Origin: a virus
Taxonomy: Duplodnaviria; Caudoviricetes
Strand: one strand, 5' to 3'
Length of the DNA: 54,769 bases
Virus record (IMG/VR): IMGVR_UViG_3300005532_000251
Span: 1-54,769 of that record
Shown: one piece after another, positions 26,483-36,843 of the stretch
Layout of the letters: every line of letters starts with the position of its first letter
Numbering within the stretch: the first letter of the stretch is position 1
The notes under the pieces: generated by a model
Told to the model about the DNA's origin: nothing
The model's input: the letters and a program-made list of their open reading frames with translations, nothing else
The model's database searches: none
Translations under genes and position numbers: made by a program

Positions 26483-28177
26483 ATGGAGACCTCCTTGAGT
26501 AACACCCCGAAACTCCCTCAGAAGTACGATGCGCTCATTGAACGGGTGCGCGGCCTCGATCCACAGCTTGCAACGCAGATGGTCGATGCCTTTGCGCCAG
26601 TTGTCAATGCCAGCATCGCGCAAACGCCGATCACTGAGCATCGGCAAGCCGTCGGCGACATCTATCGCAATACCACGCCGCCCAACGTGAGCGATCCGAA
26701 ATCCGATCTCTCCCAGGCAACCATCGATCTTGTCAAGAATAGCCAGGCCGATATTACCCGCGCCGGAACCAACCTCGCAACGGGCTTCCTGGGCTACGAT
26801 TTGCAGGCGCCGGCAGCGATGCTCGTTCCCTACCTCACGCCGCTCCTCAACATGACACCGCGTGAGCAGGGCGTGGGCATCGACACCCACCACTGGAAAG
26901 CGGTCACGGACCTCTTCGGCGGTAACGGTCCACAGAGCGTCATCGGCGCCGTTGATGACGGTGGCAATCCGCAGTTCGTGTCGCGCAACGTCGTACCGAT
27001 GTCGAACACGTTTCAGACCATCGGCCTCCAGGATAGCCTGACCTTCCAGGCCGAATGGCGCGGTCAAAGCTTCGAAGGCGATCTGCGCGCACTGCTCACG
27101 GCGCAGCTCCTCTACGCCTTGAAGCTCGTCGAGGAAAACTGGCTCATCAATATGAGCGATTACCTCTGGGCGCCGCCCTCGCCACTGGCTACCGCTGCCT
27201 CCACCGGCGGCACGATTGCCGCCGGCTCGTACTGGATCCAGGTCACAGCGACGAACGCGAACGGCGAGTCTCTGGCCTCGAAGATCATCGGCCCGATTGC
27301 GACGAGTGGCAGCACCTCCAGCATTGCCCTCACGCTCTTTACCGTGCCGAATGCCGCCGGCTACAACGTCTATGTTGGCTCTGGCGCCACGCAACCCGCG
27401 AACGGCGCCATGTGGAAGCAGGTCGCAGGCAATTTCCAGGGCGGCGCAACCCCCGTGCAGCCGGCAACGCCAACCACTGGCAACTTCGCCGCGACATTGA
27501 CCAGCCTTACCTCTAGCGGTGCCAATCCTCCCGCGACGAACACTGCCGCCGTCGCCCTCGGCGCATCCTCGCAGCCGCTGACCTTCCAGGGCGTACAGGC
27601 GATGATCTACGCGAATGCCGGCAACATCAACAATATCGTGACCGGCACGGGCGCCCTGAAGGCGCTGATCTCGCAGCCAGCAGCATCCACTGGCTACCTC
27701 GCACTCAGCGATATTCAGAACCAGTTCTACAACATGTTCACTGCGTCGCGCGCCGATCCTCGCTACATCTTCGTCAGCCCGCTCGACGCCATCACCATCA
27801 CCAACCTCGTCAGCAATGCCGGCAATACGCGCGTCGTGGTCACAGCGGATAACCTCAACGAGCAGAACAACCTCATCGCCGGCTACCGGGTGGCGAAGAT
27901 CCTCAACGAAGTCACCAATAACGTCGCGACGATCATCTCGCTGCCCTACCTCGCACAAGGCACGATGATCTTTGGCAGCCTGGAATTTCCCTATCCCGTC
28001 GCTGGCTACAATAAGCCTCCGTATCGCGTGATTTACAACCGCGATTACTACGGCGTCGATTATCCACCGACGCAGCAGAACCCGACAAAATGGGGCTTTG
28101 GAGATTTTGTGGATGAAACGCTCTGTATCGAGTTCCTCGGTGGCTGGGGAATTTTAAACGGCGTCGTGTATCATTGA
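26483..28177 (+). CDS. Major capsid protein with an inserted Ig/FN3-like domain
   Basis: Position after the protease; YDL.APA..L.P..TPL.N..PR capsid-type motif; insertion GGT.AAGSY..QVTA.NANGES..YNVYVG. Confidence 0.85.
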   Translation: METSLSNTPKLPQKYDALIERVRGLDPQLATQMVDAFAPVVNASIAQTPITEHRQAVGDIYRNTTPPNVSDPKSDLSQATIDLVKNSQADITRAGTNLATGFLGYDLQAPAAMLVPYLTPLLNMTPREQGVGIDTHHWKAVTDLFGGNGPQSVIGAVDDGGNPQFVSRNVVPMSNTFQTIGLQDSLTFQAEWRGQSFEGDLRALLTAQLLYALKLVEENWLINMSDYLWAPPSPLATAASTGGTIAAGSYWIQVTATNANGESLASKIIGPIATSGSTSSIALTLFTVPNAAGYNVYVGSGATQPANGAMWKQVAGNFQGGATPVQPATPTTGNFAATLTSLTSSGANPPATNTAAVALGASSQPLTFQGVQAMIYANAGNINNIVTGTGALKALISQPAASTGYLALSDIQNQFYNMFTASRADPRYIFVSPLDAITITNLVSNAGNTRVVVTADNLNEQNNLIAGYRVAKILNEVTNNVATIISLPYLAQGTMIFGSLEFPYPVAGYNKPPYRVIYNRDYYGVDYPPTQQNPTKWGFGDFVDETLCIEFLGGWGILNGVVYH

Positions 28178-28249
28178 TCGCGCTGCATAGTTGCGTATAC
28201 ACACAACTGACAGAGTGAGAATGATTCTCACTCTGTCGAGGAGAAGACT

Positions 28250-28612
28250 ATGGCAGCCAGGAACACGAAGCCAGCCAAAGCAGTGCCAGGCACTCCCGAA
28301 TCCACAGAGAAAGCATCACCTATCCAGAATGAACGGCGCAATGTGAGCGCAGAAGCCGCCGCCACAAGCCCGGCAAAAGCCATGCAGGCCACATCGTCCT
28401 CGCCGCCGGCCTCTGAGCCACGCCTGGCCGTGACGCTGCGCGCGCGCAATGGCTTTGAGTACCACATCGACATGGCGCGCTCCGTTGCCGAGGCGCTCAT
28501 CGATCCCGATGTCCCCGATGCCTTCATCGAAGTACCAGGCCCGCGCGAGGGCATACGGCGCTTCCTGCATACCTCTGAAATCAAAGAGATCGACGTGCGC
28601 GGCCTCGAATAG
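28250..28612 (+). CDS. Hypothetical head-associated protein
   Basis: GAGGAG RBS; disordered N-terminus. Confidence 0.6.
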   Translation: MAARNTKPAKAVPGTPESTEKASPIQNERRNVSAEAAATSPAKAMQATSSSPPASEPRLAVTLRARNGFEYHIDMARSVAEALIDPDVPDAFIEVPGPREGIRRFLHTSEIKEIDVRGLE

Positions 28613-28649
28613 CGCTGCGATCTCTTTGCCCCCATAAAGGACCTCATCG

Positions 28650-29486
28650 ATGCAAGAACTCATCAATATCCCCGATTACTGGCGCACGACCCAGGTGCGC
28701 CCACGTGGCTTCCTGGAAATCTGCGACATGGTGGAGACGCATGGCCGCATCACTGGTATCTGGGAAATAAAGCAGTGGAATCCGAAGACCGGCGAGATTG
28801 TGAAGCGTGTCGTCAACAAGAACGTCGTCACCGACAACGGCGCGATCAACATGTTAGAGCGCGCGATCAACTCCTCATCGGCGACGCTGCCGGCGCTCTT
28901 CAACAACCTGCTGATTACCAATAACAGCGGATCGACGACGCTGACTACGGGCTTAACGAATGGTCAGACCGGCATCACGAGCTTAGCAGTCGCAGCGCTG
29001 CCAGCGGCGATCCCCAGCGGCACCAACCTTACCATTGGGTACGGCGGCGGCTCGACGCAGACAGTAACGACCAGTGCGCTAGCCTCGCAGGGTGCAACCT
29101 CGATTTCTGTGACCAGCTTTACCAGCAACGCGACCTATGCGGCTGGCACCGCCGTTGTGCCACAGCCAAACGTCACTGACAATCCGACGAATACCCAGCT
29201 CACCGGCAACGCGACAACGCCGCTCACCAGCTACAGCGGCAATCTTGCAACCGGCGCCTTCACCTTCACACAGACGAGCGGCGCCGGCAACCGCTCCTGC
29301 CTCGTCAGCTTCACGTTTACCAATAGCGGCGGAAGCAACACGGCTGTCGGCAATTACACGGATTGTTGGATAGTAAACGTCAGTTCTGGCGCAACGACGA
29401 ATAACTATGTGGCGCATGAAATAAACACTCCGATGCGCTGTGACTCCTCAAATAACATAACGGCCTCTGTGACCATCAAGATCTGA
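28650..29486 (+). CDS. Virion structural protein (paralog-like to 45796..46314)
   Basis: G...I..NVV.D.G N-terminus; T/S-rich beta insertion; ends in a beta strand. Confidence 0.6.
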   Translation: MQELINIPDYWRTTQVRPRGFLEICDMVETHGRITGIWEIKQWNPKTGEIVKRVVNKNVVTDNGAINMLERAINSSSATLPALFNNLLITNNSGSTTLTTGLTNGQTGITSLAVAALPAAIPSGTNLTIGYGGGSTQTVTTSALASQGATSISVTSFTSNATYAAGTAVVPQPNVTDNPTNTQLTGNATTPLTSYSGNLATGAFTFTQTSGAGNRSCLVSFTFTNSGGSNTAVGNYTDCWIVNVSSGATTNNYVAHEINTPMRCDSSNNITASVTIKI

Positions 29487-29493
29487 GAAGTCC

Positions 29494-32292
29494 ATGACGA
29501 CGGCGTTATCGGTCTATGGCCTCAATGCCTCGGCAACTTCGCTCTCGACGGCCTATCAGCTCGCCACGGCCACCGGCGGCACTGGCGCCAATATCAGCAC
29601 CAAGCTCGGAACCGCGACGGGATGGGGCGAGGTCGATGGCACCTCCAATCCCTGGGCTGCCGGCAGTTCCATTGGCAGTCAGAGCGGGCTGGGCTGGCTG
29701 CTGGACAGCACTGTCTTAGAGGGCCAGCAGATCATTGCCGGGACGTGGAGCGCGTCGATCAGGCTCTCAGTCAGCACAGGCAGCATCGTCTGCACCATCA
29801 CGATGCGCGCCAGCAAGTGGAATGCCAGCTCCGGGTATACCACGATTGGTAGCCTCACCAGCAATAGCACGACGATCAATACGACATTGACGACCTTCAC
29901 GCTGAATAGCGCTTCGCTTTCAGCGATGAACTTCTCGACAGGCGATAAGCTCTATGTCGATGTATGGCTCGACATTACGAGCAATAGCACCTCGTCAACG
30001 TCGTCAATCAACTGTTCGGTGTCATCGACCACGACTGGCCTTGCTGGCCGTGTCGAGATGGACACGCCCGGCTACCAGACCGGCACGACGAACAATCTGA
30101 TGAGCTTCACTGACAGCCTGGTTGTCGCCGATAGCAATACCTTCGCCTATGTTGACCTCCCTACCGATGGCCTCACAGCGAGCGATGCCCCCACAGCCAC
30201 AGGGGGAGCATCGATCACCGATGCCCTCGCGACAGCCGATGCACTCCTCGGAACAGCGCAGGGGCTGCCCACCGATACGCTGAGCGCCGCCGATAGCTCT
30301 GCGCAAGTTGCGATCACGTTCCCCGTCGAAGCCTACCCGGTAGCCGATGTCCTCCTCGCAACAGACAGCGAAAGCTGGATAGATATGGCGAACATCAGTG
30401 ATAGCAGTGCATGGGCGGCCCTGGCAATCCCCGTCGAGGCACTCCAGGCCGCCGATGCAATGGCGCAGGGCAACACCTATCAGCCCATTGATGCCGGGAA
30501 TATCCTTGATAGCCTGGCTGGCACAGCAGGAAGTCAGGCCTGGCTTGATCTGCTCACCATCATTGACAGCCAGGCAGGCGGTGATGTCTACATTCCGCTC
30601 GATGCGCTGACAGCCTTCGATAGCTTTGCCTATTCGCCGACGACGCAGAATCTGATGGCGTTCCTCGATGCGCTGGTCATCGCCGATCAATCGTCGTGGA
30701 TCGTTGCATATCTGGCAACGGATGTACTCTCCGCGCTTGATCTCGAAGCGTATGCAGACAGCGTATCGGCCACAGATTCGCAAAGTATCGTCGAGGCAGC
30801 GCAGTGGCAGAACCAGGAAAGTGCTGTAGAGATCCTCGCAGTGCAGGATAGCAGCGTTTCGGCTGAAAGCTATTCCCCCGTCGATGTGAGCGCTATCAGT
30901 GACAGCCAGGCTGAAACGCAGATTGCGCAGGCAGGCGAGCAGATCCCGGCCTCCGATGTCATGCTAGGAGCTGGGCAAAGCCAATACAGCGAGCAGCCTG
31001 GCATCATCGATGTGCTCATTGCTCTCATCGCCGGCCAGCTCCTCGATGCTCTCACGGCAAGCGATGCCTACAACGCCACAGGCTCTGTTTCGCTCATTGA
31101 TATCGCCGGCATCGTCGAGAACATGACGAGCGCAGACAGTGCGGCACTCATTGAGAGTCTTTCCGCCGGCGATATTGGGAATTTGCAGCAGTGGGGCATC
31201 GATGCCGAGAGCATCCTTGATCTTTTTGCCGCAATGGAAGGCGTGACCGCCGTCGATGTCGCGGCGCTCTCTGATGTTCTGGGAAGCGCTGAAAACTATC
31301 AGGCCACAGATGCGCAGAGCATCGCCGATGTTACACAAGGAACGGCTCAGAATAACGCTACGGAGACCATAGCAGCCGCTGATCTCTTTGGAGATATCCA
31401 GCAACTCTCCGATGTAGAAAGCCTTGCTGTCATCGATCTTGATAGCTCTGCCGGGCTGTTTTCTGCGCAGGATGCATTGCCGCCCGGCGACCAGGCAGCA
31501 TATATCGAGGCGCTTTCAGAGACCGAATCCCTGCCACTTGCCGAAAGCTTCATACCTGCCATCGATTACAGCGTAGCCGATGCTGTGCCGCCAACTGACA
31601 GCGTGGGCTATGCCACGACCTCGATATCTACAGAGCAACTCGCCGCCCTCGATGCATTCATGGCAAGCCTGGCAAGCGCCTATAGCGAGGCGCTCACGGC
31701 AAGCGATAGCGTAGGCAACGCACCTACATTGCAGGCCGCCGAATCGTTGCCGGTCCTTGATGCTTTCCTTGCGCAGCTCTCCACAGCATACAGCGACGCG
31801 CTCACGATCCTCGATGCGCCAACGATGACGCAGCGCAGTCAGGCGAGCACATCGCTCACCCCGACGGACAGCGCCTCATACAGCACGGCGGCGATCCCAG
31901 TGGAGGCGATGACCGCCGTCGATCTCCTCATCGCGCAAGGCAGCAGCACATACAGCGACGCCCTCAGCGCTCTCGACGCGCTCTCGATGAGCGCGGTGCT
32001 TACCTCCATCGATGTGCTCATTCCCGGCACCAACATCGCCTATGGCAAGCTCTATGTTCCCGTCGAAGCATTGCCAGCCCTCGATGCGATGCTTGCCCAG
32101 GATAACGTGGTCGCGCTCGATGCCCTCACCGCCATCGATGGCTTTGTGTTTGTGCCAAACCCCTACATCGCGCCGCCACTCTTCCTCGTTGTCGCCACAG
32201 GCCGCGATGGCGATATTCAGGCAACGGGCCGCGATGGCTTCCTGGTCGGAAGCGCGCGCGATGGACAGCTCACGACCAGAGGAGGACGATGA
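29494..32292 (+). CDS. Fibre-like protein: N-terminal beta domain plus ~700 aa of acidic D-x-L-x-x-x-D repeats
   Basis: Dozens of D/E-x-L-x-A-x-D units; terminal GRDG repeats. Confidence 0.7.
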   Translation: MTTALSVYGLNASATSLSTAYQLATATGGTGANISTKLGTATGWGEVDGTSNPWAAGSSIGSQSGLGWLLDSTVLEGQQIIAGTWSASIRLSVSTGSIVCTITMRASKWNASSGYTTIGSLTSNSTTINTTLTTFTLNSASLSAMNFSTGDKLYVDVWLDITSNSTSSTSSINCSVSSTTTGLAGRVEMDTPGYQTGTTNNLMSFTDSLVVADSNTFAYVDLPTDGLTASDAPTATGGASITDALATADALLGTAQGLPTDTLSAADSSAQVAITFPVEAYPVADVLLATDSESWIDMANISDSSAWAALAIPVEALQAADAMAQGNTYQPIDAGNILDSLAGTAGSQAWLDLLTIIDSQAGGDVYIPLDALTAFDSFAYSPTTQNLMAFLDALVIADQSSWIVAYLATDVLSALDLEAYADSVSATDSQSIVEAAQWQNQESAVEILAVQDSSVSAESYSPVDVSAISDSQAETQIAQAGEQIPASDVMLGAGQSQYSEQPGIIDVLIALIAGQLLDALTASDAYNATGSVSLIDIAGIVENMTSADSAALIESLSAGDIGNLQQWGIDAESILDLFAAMEGVTAVDVAALSDVLGSAENYQATDAQSIADVTQGTAQNNATETIAAADLFGDIQQLSDVESLAVIDLDSSAGLFSAQDALPPGDQAAYIEALSETESLPLAESFIPAIDYSVADAVPPTDSVGYATTSISTEQLAALDAFMASLASAYSEALTASDSVGNAPTLQAAESLPVLDAFLAQLSTAYSDALTILDAPTMTQRSQASTSLTPTDSASYSTAAIPVEAMTAVDLLIAQGSSTYSDALSALDALSMSAVLTSIDVLIPGTNIAYGKLYVPVEALPALDAMLAQDNVVALDALTAIDGFVFVPNPYIAPPLFLVVATGRDGDIQATGRDGFLVGSARDGQLTTRGGR

Positions 32293-32293
32293 T

Positions 32294-32620
32294 ATGCAGC
32301 AGCCGATCATGTGGGCCATAGGGCAGCTCGAACCGTTCTGGACGGTGCAGATCATCCAGGACAACAATCAGCCTCTTAATCTCGCCGGCGTCCAGACTTC
32401 CCAGCTTGCCTTTATCATCTACAATGCAAACTTTGCACAGATCGCTGTCGGCAATGGGGGCTGGACGATCATCAACGCCGCCGATGGGATTGTGCAGTAC
32501 GCCTTCGCCACCAATGATGTGCCGACGGTGCCGGGGACGTACTATGTCAGGATCAAGGTCAACTTTAATGGCAGCACGCCGTTTATGACTGACTACATCA
32601 AGTGGGTGATTCAGCCATGA
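32294..32620 (+). CDS. BppU N-terminal-like adaptor protein
   Basis: PLNL.G..IINAADGIVQY....D....GTY...I.V.F pattern. Confidence 0.6.
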   Translation: MQQPIMWAIGQLEPFWTVQIIQDNNQPLNLAGVQTSQLAFIIYNANFAQIAVGNGGWTIINAADGIVQYAFATNDVPTVPGTYYVRIKVNFNGSTPFMTDYIKWVIQP

Positions 32621-33516
32621 CGAACACCTACATCGATCCCTTTGCCTACCTGCGCGCAGCGCCCGGCCTCGACACCGCGACGGTCATCGGGAATCTTTGC
32701 CGAGTGAGCACCAACGTTTCCGCCGGCGCCACGTCGATCTCGCTGTCTACTCCGCTGGTCTCGCAGCTCAACCAGTACGACCAGGTGTACATCTTCGATG
32801 GCGCAAATTCCGAGATCGTCACAGTGACTGCCCAGGCCAATGCGCTTACCTCGACGATCACGGTCTCGGCAACGATTTTCGCGCACAGCGCCGGCACGCC
32901 GATTTGCTCTGATGGCATCAAAGGCAGCTTAGCCTCAATGATCTGGAACGCGAGCGCCGATCTCGAAGCCTATTGCCGGCAGCCGCTCTTACAGGCATCG
33001 TATAGCAATGAGATGCTGCCACTGCGCTCGATGCGCGCCGCAGTGACCAGAGATTACACTTTGATGCTGCGCCCGAAACGCTTCCCGGTGACAGCGATCT
33101 CCGCTGCAACACTTGTGCTCACAGAGACAACGGTCAACCTCGACGTATCGAAGGCCGACATCGATGCCGATGCTCAGGTCGTACAGTTCCTTGACATGAC
33201 TTCGACGGGCGGGGCCAGCGGCACGCCATTCTGGGGCATTTTTAGCCCGCCGGCGAGGCAAACGACGCCCGGCTATGTGCAGATTACCTACAGTGCAGGC
33301 TATACTTACGGCGCTTTGCCCTACGATGTGCGCCAGGCCGCGATCTGGCTGACCTCCGATCTTCTTGCAGATCGGCGTAATCCAACGGGCGCCGCTGAGG
33401 TCGGCCTGGGCAAGAGCCGCGTCGTGACCAGGCTGCGCGGCGACACCTCTGGGCTTTCATTGCTCGCACTGCGCGCCTATCGCAACCTCGAACCATACCG
33501 GCAGAAGCCATTCTAG
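32617..33516 (+). CDS. Head-tail adaptor (gp6/gp15-like) with an inserted beta domain
   Basis: AS..LEAYC.Q, ITYSAGY..LP.DVRQA..L, L.PYR. Confidence 0.75.
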   Translation: MTNTYIDPFAYLRAAPGLDTATVIGNLCRVSTNVSAGATSISLSTPLVSQLNQYDQVYIFDGANSEIVTVTAQANALTSTITVSATIFAHSAGTPICSDGIKGSLASMIWNASADLEAYCRQPLLQASYSNEMLPLRSMRAAVTRDYTLMLRPKRFPVTAISAATLVLTETTVNLDVSKADIDADAQVVQFLDMTSTGGASGTPFWGIFSPPARQTTPGYVQITYSAGYTYGALPYDVRQAAIWLTSDLLADRRNPTGAAEVGLGKSRVVTRLRGDTSGLSLLALRAYRNLEPYRQKPF

Positions 33517-33524
33517 GAGCATCG

Positions 33525-33833
33525 ATGGCAAAAGATATTACCGTCACTGTGAGGCGCGCTGGCAACATCGTCAACCCTGCGCTCGATTTGCGCCTCGACA
33601 ACATCAGTCCCATCGTCATCGCAGGCAGCGGGGGAGCCATACCATACAATTCTTATCTCGCCTTCACGCTCGGCGCCGTCTACGACGCGCTGGGCAATAT
33701 CCTCGTACAGCAAGGCGATCTCTGGACAGATATTGTGAGCGGCGAGCAGTACCGCGCGAGCGGCAATCCAGAGGTTTTCGATGAAGATCACATCGAGGTC
33801 CTCGCAGAGAAGACGAAAGTGAGCACGCCATGA
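33525..33833 (+). CDS. Head closure/stopper protein (putative)
   Basis: Position and size; QGD..TD...YR...P..F..H.E pattern. Confidence 0.55.
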   Translation: MAKDITVTVRRAGNIVNPALDLRLDNISPIVIAGSGGAIPYNSYLAFTLGAVYDALGNILVQQGDLWTDIVSGEQYRASGNPEVFDEDHIEVLAEKTKVSTP

Positions 33834-34270
33834 CTGGCAGCTTTACCCTCAGCGTTATGGTCGATCCTGCGGCGCTGGCTGCCGCGCGCTCCATGCAGAA
33901 CTGGCTGCCAACTTTGCAGGCAGAGCTTGAGCCAGCCATCGAGACCTCCCTGCAAACGATGGAAACGACAGCCATCGGCTTCTGCTATGACCATTTCGCA
34001 AATCCCAGCGGCTACTTAGAGGGCAGCTTTACCATTCAAGGACCGACGACGAGCGGCAATGCAGTGCAGGGCTACCTCTCAAACGATGCGCCCCATGCCT
34101 GGCGCCGCGAGTATGGATTCAGTGGGATGACGGATTCGCTGGGCCGCTACTTTCCTTATGATCCGGGGATTATGTATCTGAACAATACGCTCACGAACAC
34201 CATGTCACAGACGTTGCTCGCTGTGCAGAACGCTGTAGAGATGGCGATAGCGAAGGTGGGCGCCGTATGA
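33830..34270 (+). CDS. HK97 gp10-like neck protein
   Basis: SG.L..S, APHA...EYG, YL..T pattern; synteny. Confidence 0.65.
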   Translation: MTGSFTLSVMVDPAALAAARSMQNWLPTLQAELEPAIETSLQTMETTAIGFCYDHFANPSGYLEGSFTIQGPTTSGNAVQGYLSNDAPHAWRREYGFSGMTDSLGRYFPYDPGIMYLNNTLTNTMSQTLLAVQNAVEMAIAKVGAV

Positions 34271-34941
34271 ACGCGCCAAACACCACGGCGATTGCCAATG
34301 CCATCAAGGCGATACAGGCCGGTATGCCATCGCAGCTCCTGGGCTTCTCTTCGACGCCCATCGCCGCTTCGCCATCCCCGCAAGCGGTGACGCCGGCGTC
34401 GATGCTCGGTATCAGCGTCGGCCAGCAACTCAGCGTCGATGTCACGAACCCGGAGATTGTCACGGTTACAGCCGTGACCGGCTCGACGTTTAGCGCTGTG
34501 TTCCTCAAAAATCATGGCATCAATGGTGTGCAGTGGACTATCGGGATCGGCGCGCCGCTCTATACGCTGGTCAAGGTTGGCGCAGTCACAGATCCCACTG
34601 ATGTTGTAGCATTCTGCGCGATCACCTTCGACCAGGGCGCGACGAAGCGCTATGCGAGCGGCTGGCGCGTCGATGATCGGCCTGTGTTTCTCATTGAGAG
34701 CGGCTTCGATATGAGCGACTCGACGATAGCAGAGCAAGCAGTGATGACGGCGCGCGATGTGCTCATTCCGATCTACTTAGCTCAGATCAGCCTCAACGCC
34801 ACGCCAGGCGTCTATATCACGCTGCTCCCGCAGCCAGACAAAGCGGCCTATAAAGTGTATCCCCAGGGCCGTATCTATCGCGTGCATCACCTCATGGTCC
34901 AGGCCGCAGCCCAGTACAACATCGCCGTGGCGGCAATCTAA
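34267..34941 (+). CDS. Tail terminator-like protein with an inserted beta domain
   Basis: Synteny before the tail tube gene; insertion with EIVTVTA shared with the adaptor. Confidence 0.55.
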   Translation: MNAPNTTAIANAIKAIQAGMPSQLLGFSSTPIAASPSPQAVTPASMLGISVGQQLSVDVTNPEIVTVTAVTGSTFSAVFLKNHGINGVQWTIGIGAPLYTLVKVGAVTDPTDVVAFCAITFDQGATKRYASGWRVDDRPVFLIESGFDMSDSTIAEQAVMTARDVLIPIYLAQISLNATPGVYITLLPQPDKAAYKVYPQGRIYRVHHLMVQAAAQYNIAVAAI

Positions 34942-34950
34942 AGGAGTTCT

Positions 34951-35166
34951 ATGAAGATCATCACCATCGAAGGCGGCGGCTTCCATCCTGGCATCCCAGC
35001 GAGCGCAGCCGGCGGCAATTGCCGCGTAAAGCTGGGTGACGCCGGAGAAATCATCGAGGTCGTACCGCTGGGAAGCCTATTCAGCGATGAGCAGCCAGCG
35101 GCATCTTCGATGACAGAGCAGCCGCGGGAAGCCCCGCGCAAAGAGCGCAAAACCTCGCAATCTTAG
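34951..35166 (+). CDS. Small hypothetical protein
   Basis: AAGGAG RBS. Confidence 0.55.
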   Translation: MKIITIEGGGFHPGIPASAAGGNCRVKLGDAGEIIEVVPLGSLFSDEQPAASSMTEQPREAPRKERKTSQS

Positions 35167-35214
35167 TCCTTCCACCGATTATCCCCACACCACATAGCCC
35201 CATAGGAGATCTCA

Positions 35215-36843
35215 ATGGGATCAGTAGCACGAGGAACCTTAGCGCTTGCTTTGGAACCGACGACGAACCAGGGCCGCCAGGTCCTTCTCCCGGCCACCAC
35301 CGTCGCGGCCTCGATGAGCCTGACGACGCAGCCATCCTCGATAGTCCCTGCCGGCCATATGCACCTCATGATCGTCATTGCAGGAGCCACGGCGAGCGGT
35401 ACTGTGACCATCGCCGGCAAAAAGGCCGATGGTACAACGGCGGTCAGCGAGACCACACCGACGATCAACGCTGCGACAGCGAACCAGGCGCAGACCGTGT
35501 ACTGCACGGCGGCCAGCTATAACACCGTGAACGCCAATGGTATCACCACGACTGGCCTGACCAACGCAACCATCACGATCTACGGGGTCATCCAGGGCAC
35601 AAAGCTCGTCCCCGTCACCTTCGAGGTCAACGAAAAATTTGATTATCATGACCCCGCCGACCATCGCGGCATCGCCTACGGCCACTTTCGATACAATCAG
35701 CTCAACAAGCACGTCACGCTCTCGAAGCTGGACTCAGCATTTTACCCGGACACCGATCTCTGGCTGGCGCTCATGGCCGTCAATAACAATCCAACGGTGA
35801 CAACGATCCCATCGACGCCGACATCGCTCTTGTCGGCAACCGCTGTGAGTGGATCGCCGCTCTCGCTCACGACGCAGCCGACATCACCAGGGATGATGCT
35901 GGTGTTTACCGTGACCGGCACCAGCGCCTACGGCACCATCACCATCACCGGCACCACGGCAGCCGGCGCTGTCACTGAGACCGTTGTCTGTCCTGGCGGC
36001 GCCGGGACGTTCTATAGCAGCAATGTCTACACCAGCGTCGCAGCGTCCGGCATCAGCGTCACCGGCTTAACCTCTGGCAGCGTTGCCGTCGGTGGCATCT
36101 TCGGCACCGACTGGGTGTTTACGCTGCCAGGCAGCAACCTCTACACAGCAGCCTTCGGCATCTTCACCGGCACGGATTCCAGTGTGTACCCCTTCGGCTT
36201 CCTGGAAAGCGTCGAGATCGATCATGACGTGACAAAGGAAATGTCGCTGGTGATGAAGGCTGTGACGCAGGACCAGGTGATCCTCGGCAATCGCGCGACC
36301 TCGCCGCTCACACAGTCCCTGCTGCCCAGCCTCGGCCAGCCCTACGACATGCCGTATGCATCGTGGCCTGCGCAGATTTACCTTGATCCGCTGGGATCGA
36401 CGCCGTTCACGACGATCTACAACGACCTCATGAGCTTGAAGCTCACGATCAGCACTGGCCTCACGCCGACCTTCGTTGCCAAAGCGCAGCAGGTCTATGA
36501 TCGCGTCTACCAGGATGGTCCCAAAGTCGATGTGAAATTCGACGGTCAGATCGATTTCCGCGATGTCGTGCAGTACGAGCAGTTCCGCCAGAATCAGAAG
36601 CAGCTTCTCGGCATCAAATTCGCCAATCAGCAGTATGGTTACATCGGCAATGTCGGCGGCACGCTCTACTACAAATCATGGAGTTTCACGCTGCCAGCGA
36701 AATACAGCACCTTCGACGAGGATCGCAGCAAAGAGAAGGTCGAAGCGAAGATTTCAGGGATTGCCGAGTACGAGCCGACGCTGGGCTATGCGATGCGCTT
36801 AGAGGTGATAAATCAAGCAAGTCCAGCATACGCCACGACGTAG
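35215..36843 (+). CDS. Major tail (tube) protein with two copies of an inserted domain
   Basis: Position before the chaperone and tape measure; starts L.LA.E.T; duplicated LL.AT.V...SLTTQP...GT.TI.G...GI..TGLT segments. Confidence 0.75.
   Translation: MGSVARGTLALALEPTTNQGRQVLLPATTVAASMSLTTQPSSIVPAGHMHLMIVIAGATASGTVTIAGKKADGTTAVSETTPTINAATANQAQTVYCTAASYNTVNANGITTTGLTNATITIYGVIQGTKLVPVTFEVNEKFDYHDPADHRGIAYGHFRYNQLNKHVTLSKLDSAFYPDTDLWLALMAVNNNPTVTTIPSTPTSLLSATAVSGSPLSLTTQPTSPGMMLVFTVTGTSAYGTITITGTTAAGAVTETVVCPGGAGTFYSSNVYTSVAASGISVTGLTSGSVAVGGIFGTDWVFTLPGSNLYTAAFGIFTGTDSSVYPFGFLESVEIDHDVTKEMSLVMKAVTQDQVILGNRATSPLTQSLLPSLGQPYDMPYASWPAQIYLDPLGSTPFTTIYNDLMSLKLTISTGLTPTFVAKAQQVYDRVYQDGPKVDVKFDGQIDFRDVVQYEQFRQNQKQLLGIKFANQQYGYIGNVGGTLYYKSWSFTLPAKYSTFDEDRSKEKVEAKISGIAEYEPTLGYAMRLEVINQASPAYATT

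Noticed and set aside
26414-27958. 514-aa antisense ORF opposite the capsid gene, and similar long shadow ORFs elsewhere
   Set aside because: Expected by-product of high-GC codon bias; no RBS or protein motifs.
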